Assembly: GCA_018985225.1 (NCBI GenBank)
Contig: JADGIF010000314.1
Location: 1 to 11,188 of the forward strand
Direction: 5' to 3'
Length of the DNA stretch: 11,188 nucleotides
From: Amoeboradix gromovi X-113
Lineage: Eukaryota > Fungi > Sanchytriomycota
In this document: positions 8,720 to 11,188 of the stretch, piece after piece
Layout of the letters: each line of letters starts with the position of its first letter
Position numbering within the stretch: position 1 is the first letter of the stretch
Notes under the pieces: generated by a model
What the model was told of the DNA's origin: nothing
Database searches by the model: none
What the model saw: the letters and a program-made list of their open reading frames with translations, nothing else
Program-made: the position numbers and the translations under genes

Positions 8720-9035
8720 TTATATTTTAGTTGACTTTAATCTTTACAGTAATCAAGAGTTGCCATCTAGCTTATTTTTGCCGTATTGTGCGGTTCCTAT
8801 CAATTTGCAAATGAGACATCAAATATAAAAACTGGACTAACTTTCTGTAAAAACTTGGAACATTATTTCAGCTTTATTACTTTATGGATTTAAGAGGCGA
8901 GTGGACATTCAGCTAGTTGCGGAGTTGACGAGTATAAAAGGAAAATAAACAACTTTTTGTATCGAATTTCAAAAATAAATATTCTGTACAGCTATTCTCT
9001 TACTTTTTCATCCAATCTTTATTTCAAATAAACCT

Positions 9036-9139
9036 CTGATTCATAGTACTAATTCATAGTACTGATTCATAGTACTGATTCATAGTACTAATTCATAGTA
9101 CTAATTCATAGTACTAATTCATAATACTGATTCATAATA
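9036..9139. repeat. Tandem array of 8 x 13 nt, consensus CT[G/A]ATTCATA[G/A]TA
   Basis: Units start at 9036, 9049, 9062, 9075, 9088, 9101, 9114 and 9127. Only two positions vary and there are no spacers. Confidence 0.97.
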
Positions 9140-9140
9140 G

Positions 9141-9473
9141 GGTATATTTTCATCTAAGAACTATCCAGAAAGAACTGGCAAGACAAGAGTCAGGGAGACT
9201 GTCCATAGATTACACTTCAAAGAAATAGATAAGAGTAATGATGTTAGTATAACATTACAAAATGACTCTAGAAAAGAGTACCGTCTAAGAAAATGCACCT
9301 TTTGCTTAGATGCTCAAAGACCTCAAATATTTGAACGAGATGCAGGGTCTTCTAGTTTTATTTTAAAAAGAGGAATACAATCAATGAAAGAAAATTGGTA
9401 TAATAGAAGATCTTTTATTAATGATAGCATTTCCTGCGTATGGTGCACATCCTTTAAAAACGAGTTAGTCTAG
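9141..9473 (+). pseudogene. 5'-truncated remnant resembling the C-terminus of a TnpB/Fanzor nuclease (RuvC-II flank, zinc ribbon, RuvC-III)
   Basis: 110 stop-free codons with no early start codon: GIFSSKNYPERTGKTRVRETVHRLHFKEIDKSNDVSITLQNDSRKEYRLRKCTFCLDAQRPQIFERDAGSSSFILKRGIQSMKENWYNRRSFINDSISCVWCTSFKNELV*. The motif order matches E-x-Y/F-T/S-S-K-x-C-P ... R-x3-C-x2-C ... RD-x2-small-small-x2-I. Confidence 0.55.
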
Positions 9474-9918
9474 TTTTTATATTTGGTGTCCCATGTGTTG
9501 TATTGTTGTTTTAATTTAAGATTATAATAATAAATCAATAAGAATATTTACTAGGATCGTATGAGAATCCATACCATAATTGAACAATCAATCTTGCATT
9601 CCAGAAGATAATTTATATCATTTACTCTAAGTTGACTTGAATAACTTTTACATCTTTCAATTGATTAATAATGCCTCTTGAGTCATATCATTTATTCCTT
9701 TGAATGCAATTCACTAGCTTACTCTATAAGCAATCTTACTCATATTTATTTCAATAGGATATCTACTTGCTAAATCAACTATTGCATTCTAATTTATCTC
9801 TTTGAACATTGATCCTAATCAAGAATCATTAACAATCACATTCATTTATGTGGTTATATTCAACGTTTGATCAGTACCTCTTAGCTGGTTACTTACTTGG
9901 CTGCTCCCTGTCACTCGC

Positions 9919-10045
9919 CATACCCACGCAACACCCTGGTCACGCGCACAGCACTCTGTACATACCCTGGTCATACTCACACATACTCAGCACTTTCTGT
10001 ACACACCAGGCCACACTGTACATACCCACAGCACTCTGTACATAC
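9919..10045. repeat. Degenerate C/A-rich minisatellite (~20/40-nt period) built on CAGCACTCTGTACATAC
   Basis: CACAGCACTCTGTACATAC is exact at 9947-9965 and 10027-10045, with variants at 9986-10006 and 10011-10026. ACCCTGGTCA occurs twice and CATACCCAC twice. Confidence 0.85.
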
Positions 10046-10563
10046 TATGTATGGTACTTGTGATCCGTGCTCCAGTTGGGCACCTGCCGTTTGTCTGCAA
10101 TGGTAAATAAAATGTTTTACTGATTTATTTTGTCGACTTTATTGAGTTTCTTGTAGTCGCATGGTCCAAAAGACAGCATATACTAGTATATCCGTTAAGG
10201 AGGGTTTTTTGGCTTCCATGGTTTGTGCTCGTTTAGCTGCTGCATTCTCCATAAGATTCAGTTAATGTCTTTCTTACACTTAAACTTCAAGCGCTAATTA
10301 AATCATTGGCAAGTATATCCAAGGGTTGTCGAGTATCACACCTACGCTAGGCAGTTGCAGCCATAAATAGGCAGCTGCTTAGTAAATATGGAGACTCACT
10401 GTTTATTAATTTTAGCACTTTTCCGGGCCTCGCTTCCTCATTATTATGCTTTGTGTTTGGTTCAAAATCAGGAGAGCCGGTGCAAGTGTGATGGCTACAC
10501 GGCGCAGCCCAAATCCCAGAAACCTCACGAAATCCTCATCAATTAAATTTAATGCGGCCTGAC

Positions 10564-11188
10564 TCAATTAGCAAGACTAATCTCAACAACATTTTCGCTC
10601 TCTCCAAACAAACATTGCGCACTGGTATAGTCACCGCTTTTGAAAAAAACTGTGATGCGTTTGGGATGCTTTGCAATGTTGGTGGGCAATCTGGCCATAC
10701 TGCGACGAAAATCAACCACCGCATAATCCCTCACATTCAGTGGGAAGTACTTGCCGCTTGGAGTAAATCTAGCAATGTGTTCTCCAACGCCGTTTCCATT
10801 AACCATCAACTCAATACCCCAACGAAGATCCCCATCCAAATAAAAGTCAATTTCGCCGGGAATTGTGACAGACAATTTCTCGTTTGTTCCCCCCAGGAAA
10901 CGACTTCGATAGCTCTGGGCAGATTAAACAGCTGGGCTTAGTGAAAAGAGCCAACCCCTCTATGAATAAATGCTGAAATACTGCTTCCTTTGGAAATTCG
11001 CTAGGGCAGGTAGAGTTCTTAAGAAGGTTAGCAGACATTGATGAAATAACATTCCCAATAAGCTCTGGGAGTGTCGAAGGGTTACTGGCCGAGCGATTCG
11101 GGAAAATCCATTTGGAATAATATCGTTTGGCCAGCAGGGAAGAGAATGCAAAGTCGGTGCCATAAGAATCCATCAATATTCCTGATTT
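10564..11188 (-). pseudogene. 3' part of a Crinkler (CRN)-family effector gene with restriction-endonuclease-like C-terminal domain; one frameshift; 5' end outside the window
   Basis: The frame is open from the window edge (KSGILMDS...FSSLLAKRYY...FPKEAVFQHLFIEGL...ICPELSKSFP) and continues in another frame (IPGEIDFYLDGDLRWGIELMVNGNGVGEHIARF...GKY...DYAVVDFR). These are typical CRN REase motifs. Deleting one base of the C6 run at 10889-10894 fuses the two frames. Confidence 0.8.

Noticed and set aside
8699-8730. Intron at the end of the 410-aa ORF (15-nt or 32-nt GT..TTTTAG)
   Set aside because: It lacks the TAAYGTAG end of the two supported introns, and splicing gives an immediate stop or an unconvincing short extension.
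9036-9139. CRISPR array
   Set aside because: Units are 13 nt, directly abutting, with no unique spacers. The context is eukaryotic and there are no cas genes.
9430-9474. Helitron 3' end (CTAG|T at 9470-9474)
   Set aside because: No convincing GC-rich hairpin upstream of the CTAG.
8976-9550. 10-bp inverted repeat TAAATATTCT (8976-8985) / AGAATATTTA (9541-9550) as TIRs around the Fanzor-like relic
   Set aside because: Short, almost all A/T, does not extend, and has no convincing target-site duplication. Expected by chance unless other copies confirm it.
9848-10106. 71-aa and 69-aa ORFs
   Set aside because: They are open only because the C/A-rich minisatellite lacks stops, and the translations mirror the repeat.
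10178-10191. Perfect 14-nt palindrome ATATACTAGTATAT
   Set aside because: A single AT-rich palindrome with no supporting context.
10539-11163. Overlapping ORFs 10539..10724 (-), 10552..10941 (+) and 10960..11163 (-), and similar antisense or nested ORFs within GGC1, ArfGAP and EDC3
   Set aside because: These are shadow frames of recognisable genes and have no independent motifs.

Overview
AT-rich, very compact eukaryotic nuclear DNA in the standard genetic code, most likely from an early-diverging fungus or a related holomycotan (inferred from a clear Ggc1/Yhm1 orthologue, a DUF2408-like protein and a Crinkler-type gene). Bases ~126-8719 are gene-dense. They hold a coiled-coil ORF with an RxxxxH (HEPN-like) motif, a single-unit DUF2408-like gene, the mitochondrial GTP/GDP carrier GGC1, a small secreted protein, a BAR-PH-ArfGAP-ankyrin (ACAP-like) gene, the decapping activator EDC3 and an acidic, repeat-containing, possibly secreted protein. 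The ArfGAP and EDC3 genes are each split by an ultra-short GT-AG intron (21 and 19 nt), and both introns end in TAAYGTAG. An AATAAA hexamer overlaps or abuts the stop codon of six consecutive genes. Bases ~8720-11188 form a gene-poor accessory zone. An 8x13-nt tandem array is directly fused to a 110-codon open frame, missing from the ORF track, that resembles the C-terminus of a TnpB/Fanzor RNA-guided nuclease. It is followed by a degenerate minisatellite and the 3' part of a frameshifted Crinkler REase-type effector gene. All family assignments are from motif recognition by eye; no searches were run.
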